64,000 bases of DNA from Bacteroidota bacterium. GTDB lineage: Bacteria > Bacteroidota > Bacteroidia > JABEUT01. Of this stretch, positions 9,326 through 19,034 are shown one piece after another. The notes beneath the pieces are model-generated. The model worked only from the letters and a program-made list of their open reading frames with translations, had not been told where the DNA came from and ran no database searches. Where the stretch lies: positions 217 through 64,216 of the forward strand of contig JABDHI010000005.1 in assembly GCA_013285655.1 (NCBI GenBank), in the 5' to 3' direction. The position numbers and the translations under genes are program-made. The stretch's first letter is position 1, and every line of letters begins with the position of its first letter.

Positions 9326-9619
9326 TTATATGTGTAATGGTAACACGAATTGAATATCTACAACATCTTCGCCGGTCAATATAATACTGTGGCTTACATT
9401 ATGTCTGCCTCTCTTCACGTATTCATCTTTATACGCGTGAAAATTATTCCTTGGTATAAATCTGTATTGGTTTTTCTCTTTTAATTCCGAATAATCTTCA
9501 AAAGAATTAAAATAGCCATAATGCGCTATATCATCCTTGCAAATTACTCTGGTAACAAAAGACTGGACTGCTGTAGAATAGGTATCCTCAATAAGCTTGA
9601 TCATCTCAGTTTTATCCAT
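9326..9619 (-). CDS. Hypothetical 97-aa protein, possible Sm/SH3-like beta-barrel
   Basis: ATG 17 nt after the helicase stop; helix-then-strands pattern; fold is inference only. Confidence 0.7.
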   Translation of the reverse strand: MDKTEMIKLIEDTYSTAVQSFVTRVICKDDIAHYGYFNSFEDYSELKEKNQYRFIPRNNFHAYKDEYVKRGRHNVSHSIILTGEDVVDIQFVLPLHI

Positions 9620-9636
9620 TATATGCTTTTAAAATA

Positions 9637-10791
9637 TTACTTATTCTTAGATGCTGCGGTTCCGTTGTTCCCAAACGGATGGCCTTTTATTTCTTCAATA
9701 TTACGATTAAGTAATTTATTAATATCTCGTAAATAAGTTACTTCATCAGGCGAACAAAACGACACAGCTGTGCCTGATGCACCTGCCCTGCCCGTTCTGC
9801 CAATACGGTGAACATAAGTTGCTGCTTCTTCAGGTAGTTCGTAATTTATTACATAATTAAGGCTATCTATATCAATCCCTCTCGAAGCAATATCGGTAGC
9901 GACTAACACACGGGTAGTTTTGTTCTTAAAGCCTTTCAGCGCCCTTTCGCGCGCATTTTGCGATTTATTACCATGTATAGCTTCCGCCTTAATCTTATTC
10001 TTGTTGAGATCTTTTACCACTTTATCGGCACCACGTTTGGTACGGGTAAATACAAGTGCATTCTCAATCATCGCATCTTTTAATATGTGATTAAGCAAAG
10101 CCTTTTTGTTTTCCTTATTTACGTAATAAATACCTTGTTGTATTAAAGCTGCGGTAGATTTAACCGGCTCTATATTAATAGAAACCGGGTGTTGTAATAA
10201 TTTATCGGTAAGCTTCCTTATTTCAGGTGAAATTGTAGCTGAAAGGAAAATGGTTTGCTTTTTAGCAGGCAACTGCGTAATGATCTTCTTTATATCATTT
10301 ATAAAGCCCATATCAAGCATTCGGTCAGCCTCATCAAGTACAAAAAACTTGATAGAATTCAGCTTTACATGCCTTTGTTGCATAAGGTCGAGCAAACGGC
10401 CCGGTGTAGCAATAACAACATCAACACCCGTACGCAAACTGTTTACCTGGCCGTGTTGTGAAACTCCACCAAATATCAATGCATATTTAAGGTTCATATT
10501 ATTACCATAGGCTTTAAAGCTTTCGTGTATTTGCAAGGCCAGTTCCCTTGTAGGTGCCAATACCAATGCTTTTATTCCTTGTGTCTTGTTTTCGGGTTTG
10601 CTTAAAAGCTGCAGTATAGGTAATGCAAAGGCTGCAGTTTTACCTGTACCTGTCTGTGCACAACCCAAAATGTCTTTCCCTTCTAAAATACAAGGGATAG
10701 CTTTTTCTTGTATGGGCGTTGGTTTCGAATAACCTTGCCTAGTTAAGGCGTCGAGCAGAGGCGTAATTAAATTTAAATCTTGAAATGTCAT
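9637..10791 (-). CDS. rhlE: DEAD-box RNA helicase, RhlE-like
   Basis: Q motif PTPIQ, AQTGTGKT, PTRELA, TPGRLLD, DEAD, SAT, HGNKSQNAR, HRIGRTGRAG. Confidence 0.95.
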   Translation of the reverse strand: MTFQDLNLITPLLDALTRQGYSKPTPIQEKAIPCILEGKDILGCAQTGTGKTAAFALPILQLLSKPENKTQGIKALVLAPTRELALQIHESFKAYGNNMNLKYALIFGGVSQHGQVNSLRTGVDVVIATPGRLLDLMQQRHVKLNSIKFFVLDEADRMLDMGFINDIKKIITQLPAKKQTIFLSATISPEIRKLTDKLLQHPVSINIEPVKSTAALIQQGIYYVNKENKKALLNHILKDAMIENALVFTRTKRGADKVVKDLNKNKIKAEAIHGNKSQNARERALKGFKNKTTRVLVATDIASRGIDIDSLNYVINYELPEEAATYVHRIGRTGRAGASGTAVSFCSPDEVTYLRDINKLLNRNIEEIKGHPFGNNGTAASKNK

Positions 10792-10934
10792 ATTATATAT
10801 ATTAAATTAGTAATCAAGGACAACCGAAACGACGGTTTCCCCTTTTTTTACTTAATGTGAAAAGCGTAAGACGATTCTGAATTATAGGGTGAGAATCACC
10901 CACAGTTGAAATACAATCTCCAAAAGAAGTATTA

Positions 10935-10942
10935 CAAATATA
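10935..10942 (-). promoter_or_regulatory. -7 element of the helicase operon promoter, implying a leader of about 140 nt
   Basis: CAAATATA on + strand = TATATTTG on - strand. Confidence 0.55.
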
Positions 10943-11185
10943 CTACTTATTTAGCTAAGAAACACGTAAAGCTTAAGTATCTCCCAATAAAAAACACAAA
11001 AGCACTACAGCGGTTGGCTCTGCCCGTCAAAATTTATTTTTTCATATCCCTTAGGGGCCATATTATCAAAACTTACCATACCTCAAGTTTGAAATTTAAA
11101 GCAGTTAAAAATCAACCGGATAACAAAATGAATTTTTAACAAACACAGTATAGCAATTATATAGAATATGGTATAATAATTAGTT

Positions 11186-11221
11186 TAGTTTATAAACTAT
11201 CAACAAATTCAACTACATTTG
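11186..11221 (+). promoter_or_regulatory. Putative MarR operator plus -7 element
   Basis: Perfect 14-bp palindrome TAGTTTATAAACTA (11186-11199) over the expected -33 position; TACATTTG at 11214-11221. Confidence 0.7.
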
Positions 11222-11245
11222 TGCCTTCATCTTTTTTAATACCCC

Positions 11246-11707
11246 ATGCCTCAAAAAAAGATATCGATATTCGAAATTGAAAATTTTTCATTCGGTAAAA
11301 AATTCAGCTTGCTTGGGCGCTTGTATTTAACGGCTTTGTCTAAGGAACTGAAGCATTTGAATATTGAAGGAAATTTTTCCGTTCTTGTGTTGATCGATAA
11401 AATGGGAGATCAGTGCAGCCAGAAATTCTTAGCAGACAAGCTTCATGTTGATAAAACAATGATGGTAGGCGTATTAGATGACTTGAGTAAGAAAGGTTTT
11501 ATTAAACGCACTCAAAACCCGTCAGACAGGAGAGAATACTGGATACAACTTACAGCTAAAGGAAAGAAAAGCGTACCTCAAATACTGGATGTTGTGGACT
11601 GCCTTAATAAATCATTAGTAAAGAATTTGAAGATTGCGGAAGTAAAACAATTCAATAAACACCTTGAGTTAATTTATAAACGCCTTATAGATATTAATAA
11701 GTGTTAA
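11246..11707 (+). CDS. MarR-family transcriptional regulator
   Basis: SQKFLADKLHVDKTMMVGVLDDLSKKGFI, DRR motif, LTAKG. Confidence 0.93.
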   Translation: MPQKKISIFEIENFSFGKKFSLLGRLYLTALSKELKHLNIEGNFSVLVLIDKMGDQCSQKFLADKLHVDKTMMVGVLDDLSKKGFIKRTQNPSDRREYWIQLTAKGKKSVPQILDVVDCLNKSLVKNLKIAEVKQFNKHLELIYKRLIDINKC

Positions 11708-11729
11708 TGCCAATTAAAAGCAGGAAAAT

Positions 11730-14700
11730 ATGATGTGGATTGTAAGGCTTGCATTACGCAGGCCATACACAATAGCAGTAATGGCAATGCTTATCCTGAT
11801 GATGGGTATCCTGTCTATTCGTGCTATGTTGGTAGATATTTTCCCAAATATTGATATTCCTGTTGTCCTTGTTGTATGGAACTACCCTGGCCTTTCGGCA
11901 GACGATATAGAAAAGCGTGTAGTATTTTTAGATGAACGTGCTATATCAAGTACAGTTAATGGCGTTTCGAAAATAGAATCCTCATCAATACCGGGTGTAG
12001 GATTACTTAAAGTCTATTTTGAACCAGGCGCCGATATTGGCGCTGCTATTGCGCAAATGACGGCCGTATCTAGCACAGCATTGCGGGCAATGCCACCGGG
12101 TATGACTCCGCCGGTAATTTTACAATACAATGCTACCAACGTTCCCGTTGCTCAAATTACATTAAGCAGTAAAACATTGCCGGAAGAAAAAATATTCGAC
12201 TATGGTTTGAATTTTATCCGCTTACGTTTATTTACCATACCCGGGCTTGCTACCCCCGCTCCATTTGGCGGCAAAAACCGCCAGATCATGGTTGATATTG
12301 ATCCGCGAGCATTAGCAGCCAAGGGCCTTTCTCCTAATGATATTCTAACTGCTATCCAGGCATCTAACCTCATTATTCCTGCTGGTACTGCGCGTATGGG
12401 TGAAACGGAGTTTAACGTCGCACTCAATTCGAGCCCTGATAATGTTAAACTATTTGAACAGATACCATTAAAGGTAGTTAACGGCCAAACTGTTTTATTG
12501 GGTGATGTAGCTAAGGTCAGCGATAGTTTTGCTGAGCAAACCAATATAGTACGTGTCGACAGGAGTCGTGCTGCGTATCTTACCATTTTAAAGAAGGCGA
12601 ACGCTTCTACTCTTGTAGTAGTAGAATCGGCAAAAGCCATGCTGCCTCTTATTAAAGAAACTGCTCCACAAGGGCTTGACCTAAGAGTTGATTTTGACCA
12701 ATCAGTCTTTGTGCGCAACTCTATCAATAATGTACTTCGAGAAGCTATTATGGCATCCACACTGGTATCTATAATGATACTTTTCTTTTTGGGTAGCTGG
12801 CGCAGTGTTATAATAGTATGTACTTCTATACCGCTTTCCATTTTTGTATCTATTATCGGTATGAACCTGTTGGGCGATACTATTAACATTATGACATTGG
12901 GTGGATTATCACTCGCTGTTGGTATGTTGGTCGATGATGCCACGGTTGAAGTTGAGAACATACATCGTAACCGGCATATGGGCAAACCATTAACGGTAGC
13001 TATATTGGATGGTGCAAGCCAAATTGCAACGCCTGCAATTGTTGCCACATTAGCTATTTGTATCGTGTTCTTCCCTGTAGTATTGCTTACGGGCCCAGCT
13101 AAGTTCTTATTCTCTCCGTTAGCATTGGCGGTAGTTATTGCTATGATGGCTTCCTATCTCCTTTCACGGACATTGGTGCCTACCCTATCGCGTATGTTAA
13201 TGGAAGGCGAAGCGTTGCATGAAGACCCTAACAATCCTAACCTTAGCTCCTTCAAAAGAATTGGTGTACGATTTAACCACTGGCGCGACCGCAACTTTGA
13301 ACGTTTCCAGAACGGATATGGCAATGTGTTGAATGTATTGTTGACCTATAAAAAAACCACACTTACTTTTGTGTTCATAGCATTAGCGGCATCGTTCATG
13401 CTTTTAGGAATTGTAGGAACAGATTTCTTCCCGAGTACCGATTCAGGGATGATGAAATTGCACTTCCGTTCGCCATCGGGTACACGAATTGAAAGCACTG
13501 AAAAGCTGGTTGACTCAGCAGAAGCACGCATACAGAACATTATTCCTAAAAATGAATTGGAAACGGTAAACGATATGATAGGCGTTCCTGTTTCATACAA
13601 CCTTGCCTTTGTAAATACTGATAATACAAGTGGTATGGACGCTGATATTACAATCTCACTAAAAGAAGGTCACAAACCGACTATAGATTATATGCGTAAG
13701 ATACGGAAGGATCTTAATGACCATTTTCCGGGTTGCACTATCTATTTTCAATCGGCAGATATTGTGAATCAGGTATTGAATTTTGGCCTCTCTGCACCTA
13801 TTGACGTACAGATTCAATTTGGCGATTATTACAAATCTTACGAATACGCCCGCAAGCTTCGCGATGAGATGAAAGGAATACCGGGTGTTGAAGATGTTGC
13901 AATAAAACAAGTATTAGATTATCCTACTTTTAAAGTAGATGTTGACCGTGTGCGTGCTGCACAACTTGGCCTAACACAACGCGATGTTGCTAACGACATA
14001 CTTATTTCATTATCATCAAGTTCAATGGTTGGGCCTTCATTCTACATAAACCCGAGCAATAATGTTAATTACCCTGTAGCTATTCAAACCCCTTATCAAA
14101 AGATACATTCTGTTCAGGATTTAATGAATACACCGATAACTTCAGGTACAAGCGCCTTTACGAATAATACAAACCCGTCCCCATCTGACTTACCGGAAGC
14201 ACAATCTCAAACACTCGGCAACCTTGCCAAAATAACCAACACTACGCAGTTCAATTTATTTAGTCACTATACCGTACAGCGTGTAATGGACATTGACGCT
14301 AATGTGGAAGGTAGCGATCTGGGTTCGGTGGCAACTGCAATTCAGAAAAAAATTGATGCGCTGGGCAAACTCCCTCCGGGTATGCGTATCGACCTGCATG
14401 GACAGAGTGAGGTTATGAATTCTTCTTTTAAAACATTGAGCCTTGGCCTTATACTTGCTATTGCATTAGTATATCTTTTAATGGTTGTGTTGTTCCAATC
14501 GTGGATGGACCCTTTTATTATTATGCTTTCTATTCCCGGTGCGTTTATGGGTATATTATGGATGCTGGCATTAACAGGCACCACAATAAATGTTGAATCG
14601 TTAATGGGTTCGATAGTGGCTATTGGTATTGCCGTATCTAACTCTATATTATTGGTAAGTTTTGCTAATGATCTGCGTGTAGAAAAAGGTATGGGACCGT

Positions 14701-14981
14701 TAGAAGCAGCCTTAGAAGCGGGTAAAACAAGATTACGCCCGGTATTAATGACGGCTATTGCCATGGTATTAGGTATGATACCAATGGCTATTGGCTCTGG
14801 TGAAGGTGGCGAACAAAACGCCCCACTTGGCCGTGCAGTAATTGGCGGATTAATGGTAGCAACAATGTTCACATTGTTTGTAGTACCATTGTTTTATTCA
14901 GTGCTTCGTAAGCGAATGCCTTCATACCATAATATGGATGTAAGATTTGAAGAAGAAGCTAAAGGACATATTGAAAGTTAA
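11730..14981 (+). CDS. RND efflux transporter permease (AcrB/NolG-like)
   Basis: DIFPNIDIP, NIMTLGGL, GMLVDDATVEVEN, RLRPVLMT, PLGRAVIGG; 1083 aa. Confidence 0.96.
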   Translation: MMWIVRLALRRPYTIAVMAMLILMMGILSIRAMLVDIFPNIDIPVVLVVWNYPGLSADDIEKRVVFLDERAISSTVNGVSKIESSSIPGVGLLKVYFEPGADIGAAIAQMTAVSSTALRAMPPGMTPPVILQYNATNVPVAQITLSSKTLPEEKIFDYGLNFIRLRLFTIPGLATPAPFGGKNRQIMVDIDPRALAAKGLSPNDILTAIQASNLIIPAGTARMGETEFNVALNSSPDNVKLFEQIPLKVVNGQTVLLGDVAKVSDSFAEQTNIVRVDRSRAAYLTILKKANASTLVVVESAKAMLPLIKETAPQGLDLRVDFDQSVFVRNSINNVLREAIMASTLVSIMILFFLGSWRSVIIVCTSIPLSIFVSIIGMNLLGDTINIMTLGGLSLAVGMLVDDATVEVENIHRNRHMGKPLTVAILDGASQIATPAIVATLAICIVFFPVVLLTGPAKFLFSPLALAVVIAMMASYLLSRTLVPTLSRMLMEGEALHEDPNNPNLSSFKRIGVRFNHWRDRNFERFQNGYGNVLNVLLTYKKTTLTFVFIALAASFMLLGIVGTDFFPSTDSGMMKLHFRSPSGTRIESTEKLVDSAEARIQNIIPKNELETVNDMIGVPVSYNLAFVNTDNTSGMDADITISLKEGHKPTIDYMRKIRKDLNDHFPGCTIYFQSADIVNQVLNFGLSAPIDVQIQFGDYYKSYEYARKLRDEMKGIPGVEDVAIKQVLDYPTFKVDVDRVRAAQLGLTQRDVANDILISLSSSSMVGPSFYINPSNNVNYPVAIQTPYQKIHSVQDLMNTPITSGTSAFTNNTNPSPSDLPEAQSQTLGNLAKITNTTQFNLFSHYTVQRVMDIDANVEGSDLGSVATAIQKKIDALGKLPPGMRIDLHGQSEVMNSSFKTLSLGLILAIALVYLLMVVLFQSWMDPFIIMLSIPGAFMGILWMLALTGTTINVESLMGSIVAIGIAVSNSILLVSFANDLRVEKGMGPLEAALEAGKTRLRPVLMTAIAMVLGMIPMAIGSGEGGEQNAPLGRAVIGGLMVATMFTLFVVPLFYSVLRKRMPSYHNMDVRFEEEAKGHIES

Positions 14982-14999
14982 AACGTATAATAATACTAT

Positions 15000-16124
15000 A
15001 TGACAAACGCACCTAATAAAACAAGTTACTATAAGCTATTGCTTGTTGGGCTTGCATTAATTGTCCTGATTGTTGCAGGCATAACAGGTATATACCTATC
15101 GAAAGCACATAAGCACGATGCTGAAAGTGTTGAACGTGCAAAGGAACTTAAGGAAGGGCCCGTTGTGAAAACTGCTATCGCCACATATAGTTCAAACGGA
15201 AAGGAATTAGTTTTAATTGGTGAAGCCAGGCCATACCAAACAACCACGTTATATGCCAAAATAAGTGGCTACCTCGAAAAAATAAATGTGGATAAAGGCG
15301 ATAAAGTAACACAAGATCAATTACTGGCATCAATTGATAACCCCGAAATTGACCAGCAATATAATTCCGCATTGGCTGACCTGGAAAACAAAAAGAAAAT
15401 AGCTGACCGTGACAAACAACTATTAGCTAAAAAATATGTAGCTCAGGAAGAAGCAGATGTTTCACAAACTGCAGTTGATATTGCGGAGGCTAATGTAAAA
15501 TCGCTTGCTGAGCAACAACAATATAAATACTTAAAAGCCCCATTCAGTGGCACCATAACTTCACGTTATGTTGATCAGGGTGCGCTTATACAAAATGCCA
15601 ACAATTCTGAAACCAGTTCGCAGCCGGTAGTAACCTTAGCGCAATTAGATAAGCTGAGAATATATGTGTATGCGGAACAACGCGATGCATCTTTTCTAAA
15701 AATTGGAGATTCGGTTGATATAACATTAACCGAAAGGCCCGATGTGCATGTAAAGGCTACGCTTAGCCGCATTGCAGGTGAGCTTGACCCAAAAACAAGA
15801 ATGATGCTTTGTGAAATTGATGTAGAGAACAAGAATGATGTTATTATACCGGGAAGCTATGTGCAGGTGTATGTAAAATATTCAACAGAACAGAACCCTA
15901 AAAAAGAATTAACGCTGCCCTCGGTTGCTTTAGTAATGCATAAGGATAAAACTATGATTGCAGTAATTGATAAGGACAGTGTATTGCATTTTAAAGAAGT
16001 TACTGTATCTCGCAATACAGGTGAGAAAATTAGTATCGCAAATGGTATTAATGAAGGCGACCGCGCTGCATTATCGGTAGGAGAAAGTATTATTGAAGGT
16101 CAGAAAGTTAGAATAGTTGAATAA
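15000..16124 (+). CDS. RND periplasmic adaptor (membrane fusion protein)
   Basis: N-terminal TM; AKISGYLEKINVDKGD; APFSGTIT; DPKTRM. Confidence 0.95.
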   Translation: MTNAPNKTSYYKLLLVGLALIVLIVAGITGIYLSKAHKHDAESVERAKELKEGPVVKTAIATYSSNGKELVLIGEARPYQTTTLYAKISGYLEKINVDKGDKVTQDQLLASIDNPEIDQQYNSALADLENKKKIADRDKQLLAKKYVAQEEADVSQTAVDIAEANVKSLAEQQQYKYLKAPFSGTITSRYVDQGALIQNANNSETSSQPVVTLAQLDKLRIYVYAEQRDASFLKIGDSVDITLTERPDVHVKATLSRIAGELDPKTRMMLCEIDVENKNDVIIPGSYVQVYVKYSTEQNPKKELTLPSVALVMHKDKTMIAVIDKDSVLHFKEVTVSRNTGEKISIANGINEGDRAALSVGESIIEGQKVRIVE

Positions 16125-17500
16125 TGGATTTTACAATGAGGATCATACGTAAATATTCAATTGCATTTATTTTGTTGCTTTGCTTTGCAGGCAATACGGC
16201 CTATGCACAAGATTCAACAAAAGTACTTTCATTAGATGACTGCATAAAACTTGCGTTGGAACAATCTACACAAGTATTGCGTAGCCAGGATTCTGTAGCG
16301 CTAACAGGAGCTGAATTAATGGGCGCTTATGGCCAGTTTTTACCCGACCTTAACTTTGGAGCAAATTATAGTTACTTAAGTGGCAACAACCTGTTAACTA
16401 CCGGCCCGCCTACCCTAATCGACTCAAGGGTAAGCCAAATGAATTACCAACTTACCAGCACTGTAAATATTTTTAATGGCTTCTCTAATCAAGCTTCCTT
16501 GCAGGCCGCAACACAATCAAAATCTGCATCACAGTTTAATCTAGACCGTGTAAAGCAACAAATTGCTTTTGATATTACACAAACCTTTCTGCAAATTATC
16601 CTCGACAGACGTATAGTGGAATATGGTAAACAAAATTTAGATGCATCCAGCAAACGCGAAGCGGAATTAGAAGAACAAACTAATGTAGGACGTAGAGCTA
16701 TTTCAGATCTTTACCAACAACAAGCTGAAACCAGCACCGATAATTTGTTTCTGATACAAGCAGACAACAAACTAAGGAATGATGTTATTTTAATATTACG
16801 CAAACTAAAAATAAGCCAGACAGACAAGTATAGTATTGGTACGCTTGTTATAGACACGTTACCGTTTGGCGGTGGATACCAAAACGTACAAGACCTGGTA
16901 GACAAAGCAATTCAACAACGAGCTGATTTGAAGTCTTCTGCCGCTAGTGTATCTGCAGCACAGTGGGAAGTTAAGAATTTTGAAAGTGCTTACTATCCAA
17001 AAGTGTCATTAGAAGGGGGATTGGTTTCGAATGGTGGGTACTTTAATTATTTATATGTGAATGGTTCTGATGATCTCGGCCCACAGGAACCTTTTGGCCG
17101 TGCATTATTTGGTCAAATTTATGGTGAGGCCGTTTTAAATGTATCATGGCATATTTTCGATAGGTTTTATAACAAAACCAATGTACAAATTGCTAAGGTT
17201 TATGAACAGAATGCCCAATTGGCTAATGATGATCTTACAGTTCAAATTTCATCAGAAATTAAACAAGCCTATAACGATTATCTTGCAGCACTTCAACAGA
17301 TTGAAACAGCTAAACGAGGCATAATTGCTGCCACACAAGCATACCAGGTAGTAAACGGACAATATGAGGTAGGTAAAGCCACTTTTGTAGAATTGTCAAA
17401 TGCTCAAACCGTACTATTGCAATCTCAGGTTAATAAAGCGCAAGCCGATGTTAATCTATCTTTACAAAAGAAGATCATCAACTTCTATTTGGGGATATAA
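16124..17500 (+). CDS. TolC-family outer membrane efflux protein
   Basis: Signal peptide, LSLDDCIKLALE, two OEP repeats (FLPDLNF, YYPKVSL), YEVGKAT; overlaps the adaptor stop codon. Confidence 0.93.
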   Translation: MDFTMRIIRKYSIAFILLLCFAGNTAYAQDSTKVLSLDDCIKLALEQSTQVLRSQDSVALTGAELMGAYGQFLPDLNFGANYSYLSGNNLLTTGPPTLIDSRVSQMNYQLTSTVNIFNGFSNQASLQAATQSKSASQFNLDRVKQQIAFDITQTFLQIILDRRIVEYGKQNLDASSKREAELEEQTNVGRRAISDLYQQQAETSTDNLFLIQADNKLRNDVILILRKLKISQTDKYSIGTLVIDTLPFGGGYQNVQDLVDKAIQQRADLKSSAASVSAAQWEVKNFESAYYPKVSLEGGLVSNGGYFNYLYVNGSDDLGPQEPFGRALFGQIYGEAVLNVSWHIFDRFYNKTNVQIAKVYEQNAQLANDDLTVQISSEIKQAYNDYLAALQQIETAKRGIIAATQAYQVVNGQYEVGKATFVELSNAQTVLLQSQVNKAQADVNLSLQKKIINFYLGI

Positions 17501-17586
17501 TTTATCATCTGTAGCAGTACACTTTTTAGCTCAATTTTGTAATATTCTCGTTTTATTATTATTTTTGAATCTACAAATCACTCTGT

Positions 17587-18462
17587 ATGTCAACCACTAT
17601 AAATCGAGTTACCTATAAGGTACATCCTAAGGAAGAGACCTATTTCGCAATAAAAATATTCTTCAGCGTAATACTTTATTTCCTAATTATAAAGGGCTTA
17701 ATTTCTCTCGGCACTGCAAATGAAAAAACTCGCTTAGTTGATGGAGTGTTTTTATTTTATGCAGTTCTACTAATACTTTACATAATACTTCGGTTTGTTG
17801 TTTTAATTGGGTATTTAAAGGGCAATGCTGTTAAAATTTCATCAAAACAATTTCCTGATATATATAATATAGTTGTAAAGCAATCTGCTGCACTTGGCTT
17901 AGATACTGTTCCCGATGTTTTTATTCTTCAGGCAGGAGGATTTCTGAATGCATTTGCCACACGTTTTGTGGGTACTAACTATATTGTAATTTATTCTGAT
18001 GTAATTGATTCAGCCTACCAGATAGACTTTAAAGTGGTAGAGTTTATAATTGGCCATGAAATGGGACATATAAAGCGCAAACACATTACAAAACGTCTAT
18101 TATTATTTCCTGCAATAGTAATTCCATTTTTAGGCAGTGCGTATTCACGTGCCTGCGAATATACATGCGACAGAATAGGTTATGCACTATGCCCAGAGGG
18201 TGCAAAACCAGGAATGATTTTATTGGCTGCTGGAAAAGGATTATCTAAAAAAGTAAACGTACAAGCCTACATCGAACAAATTCAAACTGAAAGCGGGTTC
18301 ACAAACTGGTTTGCAGAAAAACTACAATCGCACCCCAATTTAACCAAACGGGTTAATGCTTTTAATCAGTTAGTGCCCGCAAAACCTGTTACTATGCAAG
18401 AGCCTGTAAAACTAAAAGACATCGTGCCTACAGACGATCATACCAAATTTATGCCTAAGTAA
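17587..18462 (+). CDS. M48-family membrane zinc metallopeptidase (HtpX-like)
   Basis: NAFA, GHEMGH, SRACEYTCDR, SHPNLTKR. Confidence 0.92.
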   Translation: MSTTINRVTYKVHPKEETYFAIKIFFSVILYFLIIKGLISLGTANEKTRLVDGVFLFYAVLLILYIILRFVVLIGYLKGNAVKISSKQFPDIYNIVVKQSAALGLDTVPDVFILQAGGFLNAFATRFVGTNYIVIYSDVIDSAYQIDFKVVEFIIGHEMGHIKRKHITKRLLLFPAIVIPFLGSAYSRACEYTCDRIGYALCPEGAKPGMILLAAGKGLSKKVNVQAYIEQIQTESGFTNWFAEKLQSHPNLTKRVNAFNQLVPAKPVTMQEPVKLKDIVPTDDHTKFMPK

Positions 18463-18468
18463 TCCACC

Positions 18469-18942
18469 ATGAACCAGGGATCAGTAAAAGCAATTTTCGG
18501 TTTTGTTTTTGGCATAGCAATATGTGTTTTCTGGCAATTTGTTGTATTCGATAATATCGGCCAGGCATTCTCAGAGAAATTGAGTTCGTATTCAACAACC
18601 ATTAACTCAGTGGGGAATAATGTATTACTAAATACTATGGTAGAGCAGGTAAATAAATCGTGCCCTATTACGCTTGACGCAGAAACCAGAATGGATGGTG
18701 CAGAAGTAATTTCAAATGACAAAATACAATTCAACTATACCTTAACTCAAAAAGAGCAACACGAAGTAGATGCGGCTAGCTTACAGGCAAGGGTTCAACC
18801 CATACTGCTTGAAAACATGAAATCAAATGCCAGTTTCGAAGTCTTGCGTACGCAAAAAATCACAGTTGTCTTTAACTATAAAGATAAGAATGGAGTATCT
18901 ATTTTCAAAATAGTTATCACTCCTCAACAATATACCAACTAG
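18469..18942 (+). CDS. Membrane-anchored hypothetical protein
   Basis: N-terminal TM; NKSCPITLDAETRMD domain; starts 6 nt after the peptidase. Confidence 0.75.
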   Translation: MNQGSVKAIFGFVFGIAICVFWQFVVFDNIGQAFSEKLSSYSTTINSVGNNVLLNTMVEQVNKSCPITLDAETRMDGAEVISNDKIQFNYTLTQKEQHEVDAASLQARVQPILLENMKSNASFEVLRTQKITVVFNYKDKNGVSIFKIVITPQQYTN

Positions 18943-19034
18943 GCCAGGTTAGTTCACTAAAATCATACCCTAATATTCAGTAATTTGGATTTAGGGAACA
19001 GGTTTACTATATTCGATGTAAATTTCCCTTAACT

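Noticed and set aside
10906-11139. 77-aa ORF in the rhlE-marR intergenic region
   Set aside because: TTG start, low-complexity K-rich translation, overlaps a promoter element; probably spurious.
12200-14872. Long antisense ORFs (282 and 176 aa) in the RND permease
   Set aside because: Typical reverse-frame shadows of hydrophobic membrane-protein codons.
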